Made by a program: the position numbers and the translations under genes. This document shows, one piece after another, positions 22,135 to 35,688 of a DNA stretch of 64,000 nucleotides. How positions within the stretch are numbered: position 1 is the stretch's first letter; each line of letters starts with the position of its first letter. This DNA comes from Malacoraja senta (Eukaryota), in assembly GCA_038087875.1 (NCBI GenBank), contig CM075989.1, positions 8,434,001 through 8,498,000 of the forward strand. Reading direction: 5' to 3'. The notes beneath the pieces are model-generated. The model did not search any database and was not told the origin of the DNA. It saw only the letters and a list, made by a program, of their open reading frames with translations.

Positions 22135-22967
22135 GTAAACCTACGCTGCACTCCCTCAATAGCAAAAATGTCCCTCCTCAAATTAGGGGACCAAAACTGC
22201 ACACAATTAAAGGTGTGATTCATTTGTTAATTTACAGAGACATGCTACAAATGCATCAAATATAACATCAAGCCATTTGCACATTGATGTGACCGTAAAC
22301 TGATATAACATATGGCTGTCAAATGAAACAAGATTTACAAAACACATTGAAACTCTGGAGGGAAACAAAACCTATTAACTTTTAAACCAAAAGCATAACA
22401 TCATAATGAAAGATTCTAATTGGCCTTCAGTATCAGAGCTGGGTTTCTAAAATATGAAGGAAACCACAGGAATTGCTGGCTGGCTGGCTTCTCTTGTTCA
22501 TTACTCTACCAACTTCTATCCTTTCATCCTTACTGTTAGCTCAAAACCTCCACAGATATTATTAGTTCTATTCCTTGAATCTGGAAGGAGAGCAGTCAGA
22601 AAGACAATGTGTTTCTTGGCTAGACGCCGAGGCAGCTTCAGCGCATACTGAAACCAGAAAACCCAATCTACAGCATAATCCTGAATCCTTGTTATAATAG
22701 AATAGAGTATTGATGATTGAGAATAGATAAATGAGAGACTGGTGCTGAATCTGAATGCATATCATTCCTTTTGTGAGACATAGAACATAATCCTAGCTAT
22801 TAGGACAGAGACTGCTTCCACATTGTTGCTCTACCCCTGTCCTAATTTGCTCCACCATGTCACAAATATATTCAGTTACATGACACTTCGCTACGTCCCC
22901 ACCAATTTAGTGAGGAAAAATAAATTCATGCTAACTCTCGAAAACTCAGTTGTATTGTTAGCAAGTT

Positions 22968-23265
22968 GGGGCAGCACAGTGGTGTAGCTACAAAGATGCT
23001 GCTTTACAGCGCCAGAGACCCGGGTTTGATCCTGACTACAAGTGCTGTCTGTACAGAGTTTGTGCGTTCTCCGTGACCGCGTGGGGTTTTCTCCTGGTGC
23101 TCCGGTTTCCTCCCACACTCTAAAGACATACAGGTGTGTAGGTTAATTGGCTTCTGTAAAATTGTAAATGATCCCTGGTGTGTAGGAGACTATTAGTGTG
23201 TGGGGATCGCTGGTTGGCGCGGTGTTGGTGGGCCAAAGGGCCCGTGTCCGTGCTGTCTTTCTAAT
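22968..23265 (+). mobile_element. HE1-type V-SINE
   Basis: ggggcagcacagtggtgtagc head, V domain, CR1-like tail. Confidence 0.85.
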
Positions 23266-23284
23266 GTATAAAGATTTTGTAGGA

Positions 23285-23509
23285 GGTAGATAAAAAATGC
23301 TGGAGTAACTCAGCGGGTGAGGCAGCATCTATGGAGTGGAAGGACTAGGTGACATTTCGGGTCGAGACCCTTTTTCAGTCTGAAGAAAGGGTCTCGACCC
23401 AAAACATCACCTATTCCTTCACTCCATAGATGCTGTCTCACCCGCTGAGTTCCTCCAGCTTTTTTAATCTACCTTCGATTTTTCCAGCATCTGCAGTTCT
23501 TTCTTAAAC
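23285..23509. mobile_element. Palindromic Penelope-derived short element with TSD
   Basis: ~95-bp inverted arms centred on ttcagtctgaa (~23375-23383); aagattttgtagga / aagatattgtagga at 23271-23284 and 23510-23523. Confidence 0.8.
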
Positions 23510-24096
23510 AAGATATTGTAGGATCTAATTTGCTTTATAAATAAATTACTGCAAAAATATCCTCTGTATTCTCCAGCCACAACTAAGATTGTAAGAAATC
23601 CATCTGTCTCCACTCTTGCTTTTGTGATTGACTGGGCTTATCAGCTACCATCATTATTTAACATTTTTCTCAAACCCACTGAGGTTGATCTCACTACACG
23701 AGTGGCTTCAAATGGAAGCTGATTAAATAAAAAGCACTTTCTTCCAGATGTGAATTATGCAACAGTACCAGATATGTTAGTTAGTTCAGGTCAACGGTCT
23801 GGACAAAAATCTATACAGAGTTACTGTTAGATCAAATAGGCCCGAATAAAGACTTAACCACTCAGACTTATTATTAAATAAGCAACACATTCGTAGAGCA
23901 CAGTACACCATGTTTGATAGGAGTAGAAATGTCACCATTCCATTTATGGAAGAGAAGGGGACATGCAAGGTCTGATCACAAGCCCAAAACCTAGAATAAT
24001 ACAACACGGAAACAGGCCCTTCCGCACAACTTGTCAATGCTGACCAAAATGCCCCATCTATGCTACTCCCACCTACCCGCATTGGTCTATATCCCA

Positions 24097-24564
24097 TGTA
24101 ACAGCCCACCCTCCATCAGATGCTACTCTGATCCCTATCGCTGGCTGACAGGCCAGTCCCTGACATCATTGGTAACAGCTGGGTCCACAGACAACGAAGG
24201 GACTGCACCCACGCACACAGAGACAAAGACTGAGCGGCCAGGATAAGCCAGAGACCGCCAGCACCACCTCGTCAAGCCCAAAGCTGAGCCACCAGGACAG
24301 GCCTGTCACCACAGGCGCCTCATCTCAAGGCTGCAGGGAGAAGCCTGAGATCACCACACCACCTCCTTCGAGACCAGGGTGGAACTGCCAGTACAGGGCC
24401 AAGATCACCAGCGCCACTGCACATGCGGCCCGAGGACCAGGGACAGTGCCCCCATGCGGTCCTGGACTTTCTTGTTACTGTAAATAAAACATATTATGTG
24501 AGTTCACTGTACCGTGAGTGTCAGTGTGATTATTGCCAATTCTGACGTCATCCCCGACTCCACA
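24097..24564 (+). mobile_element. Probable solo LTR
   Basis: Begins TGT and ends ACA; AATAAA near 24483; splits the CR1 sequence atatccc|tctaaacctttcc; imperfect 4-bp TSD ccca/ccct. Confidence 0.6.
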
Positions 24565-24627
24565 CCCTCTAAACCTTTCCTATCCATGTGCCTGACCATA
24601 TGTTTTTTAAACGTTGTTATAGTACCT

Positions 24628-24917
24628 TTTGTGTGCTGTGTCTGTTGGTCTTTGTTCAAGATGGCGGTCGGAGGGGAGAGTGGATGCTGGCGCGGTTTGG
24701 CTGCCGCTGCTCTCTCCTCAAATTGTGTTTCTTATTTTCTTTTTGTGCTTTTGTAATTGAATTCTGTCCTTGATTTGTGTATTGTGGTGTTTTTATATTT
24801 GATTTACTCCGATTATGTGTTTTGTATTTTTGTGATTTTATGCCTTGTAAGGTGTCCTTGGGTGTTAGAAAGGCGCCAGCAAAAAAATGAATTATTATTA
24901 TTATTATTATTATTATT
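24628..24917 (+). mobile_element. L2-tailed repeat with (ATT)n tail
   Basis: gtaaggtgtccttgggtgttagaaaggcgcc...(tta)n; homologous to 3431-3650; tacct on both sides. Confidence 0.6.
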
Positions 24918-25980
24918 ACCTGCCTCATTTACCTCCTCTGGCAGCTTGTTCTGTATTACCACCATGTTAAAAAGTTGCCCCTTGGGTTCCTATTAAATCT
25001 TTCCCCTCTCACCTTAAACCTCTGATCCTGACTGATGAAGATCAGTGTACCAAAAGCCTTCCTGACCACCCTATCTACCTGTGATGTCATTTTCAGGGAA
25101 CTATGTACGTGCATTCCTAAATTCCTCTGTTCGACCATTCCTCTGCCCTGCCATTCACTGTGAAGATCCTGCCCGGGTTTGACATAAAAATGCAGCACCT
25201 TGGACCTATCTGCATTAAACTTCATCAATCATTTCTCAGCCCACTTGCCCAGCTGATCAAGATCCTAATGTAATGTAGTGCGGTGCCTTTGTAGTGGAAT
25301 ATTGCCTGCCTCAAAGACATAAAACTAGATAATTTTAGGGCTAGCAAGGGTTTCATTCCACTGCACTTGGCTGACAGAATGGATCTCCAATGTTTTATTG
25401 ATAGTAATCTTAAATTTATACACCATGGAGAAGATTAAAGACTCAAAATGTTCCACTTCCTTTTACAAATCTGGGACCAAAAATGGAAGGTTTTCAATAT
25501 GTGCATTGTGACGTTACACACGATGATCTCACATTACCAGCTCATGGCTGGGCACTTTGGGGCATTTACTAAATCCTTTACATCTATTTTTTTTCTTCCT
25601 TTTCTCATCTTCTTCTTAGTCAGTCCTTTTTTATAATCTAGTGCTCAGAACTTACATGATAAAAAGAAATGGATCTGATGCAAAGTCAGTTCCTAATCAC
25701 AGTTTCTCCAAGTCAAAATCAATGTGAACTGTCAGATGCCTTTCTGTTTCCAACTACAATCGCCAATTCCCGACATGGCGTGAATGCAAAATTCAGGAAG
25801 CTGCAGCCCGAAGTGAGTAGCCTTGAATATTTCACTGGCTTTGAAATTATATAACACTCTTATGTAACAGGTGCAACATTTAAAGCATATCGGCTTCTAA
25901 CATAATAACTCCCTTTTGAAAGAGGCTTTAAACAATCTTTTCTTGTTCTTGAATATGAATCCAAATAATGAAACTGTTAA

Positions 25981-26073
25981 AGGTACACAAAAATGCTGGA
26001 GAAACTCAGCGTGTGCAGCAGCATCTATGGAGCGAAGGAAATAGGCAACGTTTCGGGCCGAAACCCTTCTTCA
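25981..26073 (-). mobile_element. Very short Penelope 3' end insertion with 11-bp TSD
   Basis: gaaactgttaa at 25970-25980 and 26074-26084; body matches ~22041-22134. Confidence 0.85.
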
Positions 26074-26234
26074 GAAACTGTTAACGTGTTTGCGTGCAAT
26101 TTCCTATTATTGTTGGTTTAACTCCCTTTTGAAGACGTTCCTTACATTGACATGAACATCTTGTTTTAAAGAGACCTCAGACCAAGCTGCTCATCCTACT
26201 ACACAAATCACTGCGTGAATTCAATGCCAGAGTA

Positions 26235-26527
26235 TGGCGGTGCAGCGGTAGAGTTGCTGCCTTACAGCGCCAGAGACCTGGGTTCGATCCCGACTACGGT
26301 GCTGTGTACAGAGTTTGTACGTTCTCCCCGTGACCGCGTGGGTTTCCTCCGAGATCTACGGTTTCCTCCCACATTCCAAAGGCGTACAGGTTTGTAGGTT
26401 AATTGGCTTGGTATCAATGTAAAATTGTCCCTAGTATGTGCAGGATAGTGTTACGGGGATTGCTGGTCGGTGCGGACTGGGTTGGCTGAAGGGCCTGTTT
26501 CCACGCTGTATCTCTAAACTAAACTAA
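26235..26527 (+). mobile_element. HE1-type V-SINE
   Basis: ggttcgatccc B box, V domain, (ctaaa)n tail. Confidence 0.85.
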
Positions 26528-26621
26528 GTATTGCAATTGAATGTTCTGATCGAGTTTTGGATGCTGAGTTCACCCTCTATGCTGAAGGACTGGAGATCAT
26601 CTGTCAGCAAGGTCTCTCCAA

Positions 26622-26985
26622 GGTAGACACAAAATGCAGGAGTAACTCAGTGGGACAGGCAGCATCTCTGGAGAGAAGGGATGGATGACGTTTCAATAGA
26701 CAATAGAAATAGACAATAGACAATAGGTGCAGGAGTAGGCCATTCGGCCCTTCGAGCCAGCACCGCCATTCAATGTGATCATGGCTGATCATCCCCAATC
26801 AGTACCCCATTCCTGCCTTCTCCCCATATCCCCTGACTCCGCTATTTTTAAGAGCCCTATCTAGCTAGCTAGTTTCAGGTTGAGAGTTTCGGCTTCTTCA
26901 GAGATGTTGCCTATCCCGCTGAGCTACCCCAGTATTTTGTATCTACCTTCAATTTATACCAGCATCTGCAGTTCTTTCCTACACA
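26622..26985. mobile_element. Palindromic Penelope-derived element interrupted by a CR1 3' end (26694-26870, - strand)
   Basis: Inverted arms around an aatagac-tailed CR1 end; cagcaaggtctctc repeated on both flanks (~26605 and ~26984). Confidence 0.7.
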
Positions 26986-29900
26986 GCAAGGTCTCTCTAT
27001 TTGATTGAATAATTTGGAAAAAAAATCCTGGGGGGTTTGGTATAATCAAAAAACACAAACATCAACTGATTGACTCCAAAGCTTGAATTCAGCTGAGAAT
27101 GATATTGATGAGTTTCCACTACATCAACCATGCTGCAACATCGATAACTCTGAAAGCAATGCCCACATCACAAAATAAATGGAGAAATCTGGAGAAGAGT
27201 GATTGAAATAGTTTTAAAACGTTGCCATTACAGTTTTGATCGCATCAGATCTATAAACATTGTAATGGTAATATCATTTTCTTTGACCAATATAGCTATT
27301 ACCAACCGTAATCTTTGTTCTGCACTAGTAATGAGGATCTCAGGTTTGGTAATGAGCACAGTTGCCGCCAATAGGCCACTGCTTTGTTATTTTGAGATTG
27401 ATCAGAGTTTGCTTCAGTGTAAAAGCCAGCCATGAATCAGAGTGCTTAGACCCCGAGAGTCGTAGCCATTTTTCACAGCAAATGAAATTTGCAGTATTGT
27501 CATGCCATGAAATAGGAAAAAGAATCCCCTTGAATCCTATAATCTCCATTATCCAAGCATCTTGATCATTAATCTATTCGGTAATGCATTTCTATCGAAT
27601 AGGGTCTTTATTTAGAGACGTCCCTAGAAGCGACTGATCCATAGGTATTTTTCCTTTCAGAAAAGACCTGTTGAGGAGTGATATATTTCTTCTCACACTG
27701 ACAAAGCACCAAACTGTTGGTTGTTGAAGTCACTGTAGCTGAATGGGGGGAGGAGGGGGGGGGAGAAAATAGTAACACAGGTATTCCTCCAATGTGGCAG
27801 TATTTCAAACTTTGGAATCTGTTTGTGGATTCAGCCATGCTGCACTGGATAATCTAGTTATCACGCTGACTTAAATTTTAAACCAAGGTTTTTTGTTTTA
27901 CTGTTGATTATTGGACAGAAATCAAAAGAATGATCTGAGAGGGCCAGAATTTGACAGCCACCCACAGGCATATGCTGGGAGTAGGAGGAAAAGGAGGAAT
28001 ATGCTAAATAATGTTCTATCTAAATCTGCTGCATGTAGTGAGGGAACATAATTAGTATCCTTTTAGTCCTAGCACTGATTGGAACAAATCTGCACTATGT
28101 TCTGTGCTCCCCCTCACATTCCTTATATCACAACAATGCACTCGAAAAGTGCTTCACTGGCTCCAAAGAACTTTGGAAAGGCCTTGGGCAATGAGAGATA
28201 TTATATAAATACAGCTTCCCTATTTTCTTCCGGTGGCAAACGTTGCTTGCCAGATAGCAATCAAAGAACTTACCTCAGAGGGTCAGATAGATAGGACACA
28301 CACGCACACACACACGCACATGCTCACACACACACACACACATCAATCCCCATGCATTATTAGTGAAATAGGTCGCAATTTTCTGCTTTATATAAACACT
28401 AGTGGCTCATATTTTCCATTGCGCTCTGTTTGTTTCAGCTGTGTGATGTAAAGGGCCACCACACACACAAGACGTTACTGCCGCTGAATAGCCTGGAGGC
28501 TGGTGTGGGAACATACCACAATGTGGGTGAGCTACTAATCAGCACTTATTATCCCTTGAATATTATCCTATTGTAACATAGAGAGAGATTGCAAAAGAGG
28601 TTGTTTAGACTTTTACCAGACATTCTGTTTACAAGAAGGATTCTTTTAATGTGAGTTGGAATGTAGATTATAGTATGTGCTAAGAGCCAGGAGGATTAAT
28701 AACAGTTTACTCTTCAAGGGGGCACGAATTTTAAGATCACAGTTGATGTTGTGGCTTGTTACTCTATAATTAAAAAACAAAGAGCAATAGATCAAAGAAG
28801 ACTGCGGTTTTAAGGTAAACAAATATTTCAGGCTAAGATTGTGTCTGCTGAATTGTGATGGACACCTAGATACAGACCTCAGTACAAGAGTCCGGAGAAT
28901 TAAGGAGAAGACGCCATGAAAATATTTATGGATGCACTGTCCAATAATCTGGTAATCTATTTCCCTGGATTTGTTTTACATCATGCCACGGAAATGTAAA
29001 TATATTGAAATAAACTGGCTCGACATTTTTTTCAACCAAGTTTTTTTGCACCACAGATCGTTTTGAATTCCTACTGATGGTCATCATCCTTGGATCTCTA
29101 TGTTTACGTTTTATTATCCAGTAAAGACTCGGGTCCGAGAAAAAAGAGTTATGTGCGGGGTGGAGAAGGGAGTTCACTCCAGATTAATTCTGATTCCACT
29201 TCCAGCCAACTCCAGTTCAGCCCGTGGTGTTCCTGGTCAAAGGGCACAGCACCAGCGCCCGACTCTCCACAAGTACGTTCAGGCCAGAACCCGAGAAGTA
29301 AGAGGATACAAGTCACATTATCTCCACTGAACTGTCTCTCGAACAGCCATTTCACCTCATGTAGCACCTCCCATCCACACAATGGTGCTCCGCAGTGGTG
29401 AAGGACACTTGTTTTGCACCTGGAGCCCTGATGTCAATTAGGGCAGAAATATGTCAGAAGATGAGTTGAACGTCAGGATCTGTATATTTCAACTTTAGTA
29501 GGAGCAACGTTCACCAAAAATATTTAATTCCCATACTTGCCTGTATGAGTGCAACACCTACAATTCTCAAGAAGCACAACACAATAATCAGGACAAAGCA
29601 GCTCACTTGATCATCACTGCAACTAAGGCCCTGAACATTAATTCCCAACATCGTTGCTGCACAGCGGATGCAGTAAGTACTAGTGACAACTGCACTGTAG
29701 TTAGTCAACCAGGTTACTCCTTCTGCAAAGTAACGTGGGTAAGTCTGACAATGGTGCTGGCTGCCGAGCAAAGGATCTGCCTCAAATGTGTTTGATCATA
29801 TCACCATCAAACACATCATTCAATATCACCACAGAATTAAAGCAAAAACTAAACTGATGGATGAAAGCAGCGGGTCAAGCAGCATCTGTGGTTGCAAAGG

Positions 29901-30779
29901 GGCGGTCGGTATTTCAGGTAGAGACCTGTCAACAGGACTGAGTGCTGACGCAGGGTTTTAGACCCGAAATGTCGACTATCCTTGCCTCCAGAGATGCTGC
30001 CTGACCTGCTGAGTTCCTCCATCAGATTTTTTGCTCCAGATTACAGCATCTGCAGTGTCTTGTGCCTTCACAACAGAACTAGAATGTTACAGACAGAGGA
30101 AGGAACTTCTGTCAACTGACTACAAGCTGAAGCTTTGATCTGCTGCTGATTTTAAACCATAATTCTTAAAAGAAACAAATTAAATCCAATCACATAACAT
30201 GAATCTTGTTTTCACAAACCCTGATATTGCCAGAACATTTCAACGAGCTGCAAACTGGGTATCCGTAGTCACTTTCTGCTTTTGTATGTTCGAGGGACAT
30301 TTAGGCAGGCATTTAATTACCATCTATGGTCTTGTCAGGATACATTTGTATTCCAATCACAGTCTTGAACTAGTCATTGAATGGAAGCATTTTAAAACAA
30401 AATTAAAAGGCAGGCATGCATTGACTTAAATCCTTCAACATTGTTCACACACCAACATCCAACTAGACGACACTAAAATAACAAATGAGCCTCATCTAGT
30501 TTTGGTGGTTTTGGCTGAGAAAATTAATTTGATCAGCCCTTAAATTGTGCTCAGGGATATTTAAAGTTCATCTGGCTGTGCTTAAGTAATATCAGAAATT
30601 TTAAACTACACCGCAGAATTCTGCACTCTTAATCCCAAACCACCATAGTGAGCTGGATATCAACTAATGACTAGACTGAGTACAGGAAGGAGTTGAGAAC
30701 CTTGTGACTTGGTGTCAAGAAAACATCCTTTCTCTGAATGTCAGCAAGACAAAGGATTGTGATCGACGTTAGGAAGCAA

Positions 30780-31494
30780 AGCGCTACACATATCCCGGTA
30801 TACTTGCGCCAAAGTAGAGATGGTTGAAAGCTTCAAGTTCCTAGGCATATTGAAGAAATGGCCAAGAAATCACTCCATGCCTCTACTTCCTTGGAAGACA
30901 TAGGACGTTTGGCATGTCCCCAACAACTCTCACCAACTCCTATAGATGCACCATAGAAAGCATTTTATCGGGATGCATCACAGCATGGTTTGGGAACAGC
31001 TCCATCCAAGACCACAAGAAATTGCAGAGAATTGCGGTCACAGCCCAGACCATCACATAAACCAACCTCCCTTCCATTGACATCTACACTTCACGCTGCC
31101 TAGGCAAGGCCACCAGCATAATCAAGGACCCTGGTAACTCCCTCTTTTCCCCACTCCCATCAGGCAAGAGCTACAGAAGTGTGAAAACACATTCCTCCAG
31201 ATTCAGAGACAGTTTCTTCCCGGCTGTTAACAGACAACTGAACCATCCTACCAACAACTAGAGAGCGGTCCTGAGCTACTATCTACCTCATTGAAGATCC
31301 TTGGACAATCTTTAATCGGACTTTACTGGACATTAGCTGGCACTAAACGTTATTCCCTTTATCATGTATCCATACACTGTGAACGCCTCGATTGTAATCA
31401 TGTATTGTCTTTCCGCTGACTGGTTAGCACGCAACAAAAAGCTTTTCACTGGACCTTGGTACATGTGACAATAAATTAAACTAAACTAAACTAA
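30780..31494 (+). mobile_element. Rex1/Babar-like LINE 3' fragment
   Basis: 'YRCTIESILSGCITAWFGNSS', 'LPSGKSYRS' and 'RFRDSFFP' remnants; (ctaaa)n tail. Confidence 0.75.
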
Positions 31495-31609
31495 TTACTT
31501 TCAAAATAATTCAGCAACTATTTAAATGTAACCCCGCAGCCAGAAGCTCGGTTTAATGAGGTGCAGTCCCTCCGACAATTAGTGTTCTCAGTATTGCACT
31601 GCCCAGGTA

Positions 31610-32660
31610 ACTAGGATTGTTACTAAGATTGATGAAGGCAATATGGACTTTAGTAAGGCTTTTGATGAAGTCCCACATGGCAGCCTGGTCCCGATGGGTT
31701 AAGGCACATGAGATCCAAGGTGATTGGAGGCAGAGGCCAGAAGTGCTAGAATGCTTTTTTTAATTGGAAGTCTGTAACCAGTGGTGTACATCAGGGAGAC
31801 ACAAAAAGCTGAGGTAACTCAGCGGGTCAGGCAGCATCTCTGGAGAAAAGGTATAGGTGACATTTCAGGTCGAGACCCTTCTTCAGCACCAAATCAACGA
31901 GTGTTACCATTTCAGGGATTATGTGGATTTGAACCCCCAAGGTCTCTCTGCTCACCAATAATCCTTAGTGCTCTACCATTGCTGTATATGTCCTACTCCC
32001 ATCTGACACCAGGGACTGTGCTGGGAACCATGTTGTTTGTGATATATATCAATGGCTTGGATATGAATGTAAAAAGTACGATTAGTAAGTCTGCCGATGA
32101 CATGAAGATTGATGGTGTCGTAGTAAGGAGAGTTCCCCCAAGGCTGCAGCTGGATTTAGATCAGATGGAAAGTTGGATAGAGCAATGGCAGGTGAAATTT
32201 AATCGCGACGAGTATTAAGCTAATGCACTTTGGGAAGTCAGATGGGGTAGGACATATACAGTAAACGGTAGAACACCAAGGAATGTTGGTGAACCTTGAG
32301 GTCCAAACCCATATAATCCCTGAAATGGCAACTCAAGTTGATTGGGTGCTGAAGAAGGCATATAACATCTTGCCTTCATAGGAGCATCAAATATAAAAGT
32401 TGAGACGTTAAGTTACAATTATATACCGCAACACGGCTTAGATTACACCAGGAGAATTGTGTGTTGTTTTGGATGTTACACCACAGAGTGGATGTGGTTG
32501 TGCTGCAGAGATTGGGGAGGAGAATCACCAGGATGTTTTCTGGATTGGAGGACTTTAGTTATGGGGAAAGATTACATCGGCTGGTGGTTTTCTCTGGATC
32601 AAGAAGGCTGAGGGGTGACCTACGGACGCATGTAAAATTATAGGAGGTATAGAGAGATGG
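31610..32660 (+). mobile_element. Degenerate CR1 RT fragment
   Basis: MDFSKAFDEVPH, GTVLGTMLFVIYIN, ISKSADDMKI and WQVKFN remnants; multiple stops and insertions. Confidence 0.75.
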
Positions 32661-33069
32661 TTGATTGTTCAACAAAACATGTCAGGTTCCTGAGGTATTA
32701 CTGAGTGAGATTATAACAAATTCTCACAAATTCAATTAAATTGTCAAAGTGCCATCATAAAATTTGCTGCTGTACCCATTTGAGACATTGCAAGTAGAAT
32801 TGAGCAACTATTTTTTTCATTTCCTCTTGACCCTGTAAATTACAAATGGAGAAAGCTACCTGTTTTGTTATAGGGTTTTGAACATCGTCAAAGCGGAGAA
32901 AGAATTTTCTCCTTGGGCTGCTAGACAATTGGCTACAAATATCAATTCCATACCTACCCCAGTTGCTGAAGAATTCTACAGTAGTGTAGCCCTCACTTTT
33001 GATGGTAGAATTGTCCCAGACTAGATCAGTATGATTTCCAAACCAACTATATCTGTGAGGGAAGGCAGA

Positions 33070-35688
33070 TAGAAACATAGAAACATAGAAATTAGGTGCA
33101 GGAGTAGGCCATTCGGCCCTTCGAGCCTGCACCGCCATTCAATATGATCATGGCTGATCATCCAACTCAGTATCCCATACCTGCCTTCTCTCCATACCCT
33201 CTGATCCCCTTAGCCACAAGGGCCACATCTAACTCCCTCTTCAATATAGCCAATGAACTGGCCTCAACTACCCTCTGTGGCAGAGAGTTCCAGAGATTCA
33301 CCACACTCTGTGTGAAAAAAGTTCTTCTCATCTCGGTTTTAAAGGATTTCCCCCTTATCCTTAAGCTGTGACCCCTTGTCCTGGACTTCCCCAACATCGG
33401 GAGCAATCTTCCTGCATCTAGCCTGTCCAACCCCTTAAGAATTTTGTAAGTTTCTACAAGATCCCCTCTCAATCTCCTAAATTCTAGAGAGTATAAACCA
33501 AGTCTATCCAGTCTTTCTTCATAAGACAGTCCTGACATCCCAGGAATCAGTCTGGTGAACCTTCTCTGCACTCCCTCTATGGCAATAATGTCCTTCCTCA
33601 GATTTGGAGACCAAAACTGTACGCAATATTCCAGGTGTGGTCTCACCAAGACCCTGTACAACTGCAGTAAAACCTCCCTGCTCCTATACTCAAATCCTTT
33701 TGCTATGAAAGCTAACATACCATTCGCTTTCTTCACTGCCTGCTGCACCTGCATGCCTACTTTCAATGACTGGTGTACCACGACACCCAGGTCTCGCTGC
33801 ATCTCCCCTTTTCCTAGTTGGCCACCATTTAGATAATAGTCTGCTTTCCTGTTTTTGCCACCAAAATGGATAACCTCACATTTATCCACATTATACTGAA
33901 TCTGCCAAACATTTGCCCACTCACCCAGCCTATCCAAGTCACCTTGCAGTCTCCTAGCATCCCCCTCACAGCTAACACTGCCCCCCAGCTTAGTGTCATC
34001 TGCAAACTTGGAGATATTGCATTCAATTCCCTCATCCAGTTCATTAATATATATTGTAAATAGCTGGGGTCCCAGCACTGAGCCTTGCGGTACCCCACTA
34101 GTCACTGCCTGCCATTGTGAAAAGGACCCGTTTACTCCCACTCTTTGCTTCCTGTTTGCCAGCCAGTTCTCTATCCACATCAATACTGAACCCCCAATGC
34201 CATGTGCTTTAAGTTTGTATACTAATCTCTTATGTGGGACCTTGTCGAAATCCTTCTGGAAGTCCAGATACACCACATCCACTGGTTCTCCCCTATCCAC
34301 GCTACTAGTTACATCCTCGAAAAATTCTATAAGATTCGTCAGACATGATTTACCTTTCGTAAATCCATGCTGACTTTGTCCAATGATTTCACCACTTTCC
34401 AAATGTGCTGCTATCCCATCTTTAATAACTGACTCTAGCAGTTTCCCCACTACCGATGTTAGACTAACTGGTCTGTAATTCCCCGTTTTCTCTCTCCCTC
34501 CCTTCTTAAAAAGTGGGGTTACGTTTGCTACCCGCCAATCCTCAGGAACTACTCCAGAATCTAAAGAGTTTTGAAAGATTATTACTAATGCATCCACTAT
34601 TTCTGGAGCTACTTCCTTAAGTACTCTGGGATGCAGCCCATCTGGCCTTGGGGATTTATCGGCCTTTAATCCATTCAATTTACCCAACACCACTTCCCGA
34701 CTAACCTGGATTTCACTCAATTCCTCCAACTCCTTTGACCCGCGGTCCCCTGCTATTTCCGGCAGATTATTTATGTCTTCCTTAGTGAAGACGGAACCAA
34801 AGTAGTTATTCAATTGGTCCGCCATATCCTTGTTCCCCATGATCAACTCACCTGTTTCTGACTGCAAGGGACCTACATTTTTTTAAACTAATATCTTTTT
34901 TTTCACATATCTATAAAAACTTTTGCAGTCAGTTTTTATGTTCCCTGCCAGTTTTCTTTCATAATCTATTTTTCCTTTCCTAATTAAGCCCTTTGTCCTC
35001 CTCTGCTGGTCTCTGAATTTCTCCCAGTCCTCCGGTATGCTGCTTTTTCTGGCTAATTTGTACGCATCATCCTTCGCTTTGATACTATCCCTGATTTCCC
35101 TTGTTATCCACGAATGCACTACCTTCCCTGATTTATTCTTTTGCCAGACTGGGATGAACAATTTTTGTAGTTCATCCATGCAGTCTTTAAATGTCTTCCA
35201 TTGCATATCCACCGTCAACCCTTTTAGAATTAATTGCCAGTCAATCTTGGCCAATTCACGTCTCATACCCTCAAAGTTACCTTTCTTTAAGTTCAGAACC
35301 ATTGTTTCTGAATTAACAATGTCACTCTCCATCCTAATGAAGAACTCAACCATATTATGGTCACTCTTGCCCAAGGGGGCACGTACAACAAGACTGCTAA
35401 CTAACCCTTCCTCATTACTCAATACCCAGTCTAAAATAGCCTGCTCTCTCGTTGGTTCCTCTACATGTTGATTTAGATAACTATCCCGCATACATTCCAA
35501 GAAATCCTCTTCCTCAGCACCCCTGCCAATTTGATTCACCCAATCTATATGTAGATTGAAGTCACCCATTATAACTGTTTTGCCTTTGTCGCACGCATTT
35601 CTAATTTCCTGTTTGATGCCATCCCCAACTTCACTACTACTGTTAGGTGGCCTGTACACAACACCCACCAGCGTTTTCTGCCCCTTAG
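33070..35688 (-). mobile_element. Near-intact 5'-truncated CR1 LINE
   Basis: (TTTCTATG)n tail at 33070-33090; ORF2 covers endonuclease and RT. Confidence 0.95.
33167..35688 (-). pseudogene. CR1 ORF2 (APE + RT) with one in-frame TAA at 34883-34885
   Basis: ORFs 34883-35668 (VYRPP, MGDFN, SDHN) and 33167-34867 (QHGF, GVPQGSVLGP, FADD) are in the same frame, separated by one stop. Confidence 0.9.

Larger units (their letters stand above)
23995..25270 (-). mobile_element. Degenerate CR1 3' region hosting a solo LTR and an L2-tailed insert
   Basis: acacggaaacaggcccttc tail; 'FKVRGERFNRN' and 'MKFNADRSKVLHF' in ORF 24956-25228. Confidence 0.75.

Noticed and set aside
29057..29300. Possible host exon (ttttttgcaccacag acceptor ... 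gtaaga donor)
   Set aside because: No recognisable protein in any frame and no partner exons; unsupported without RNA data
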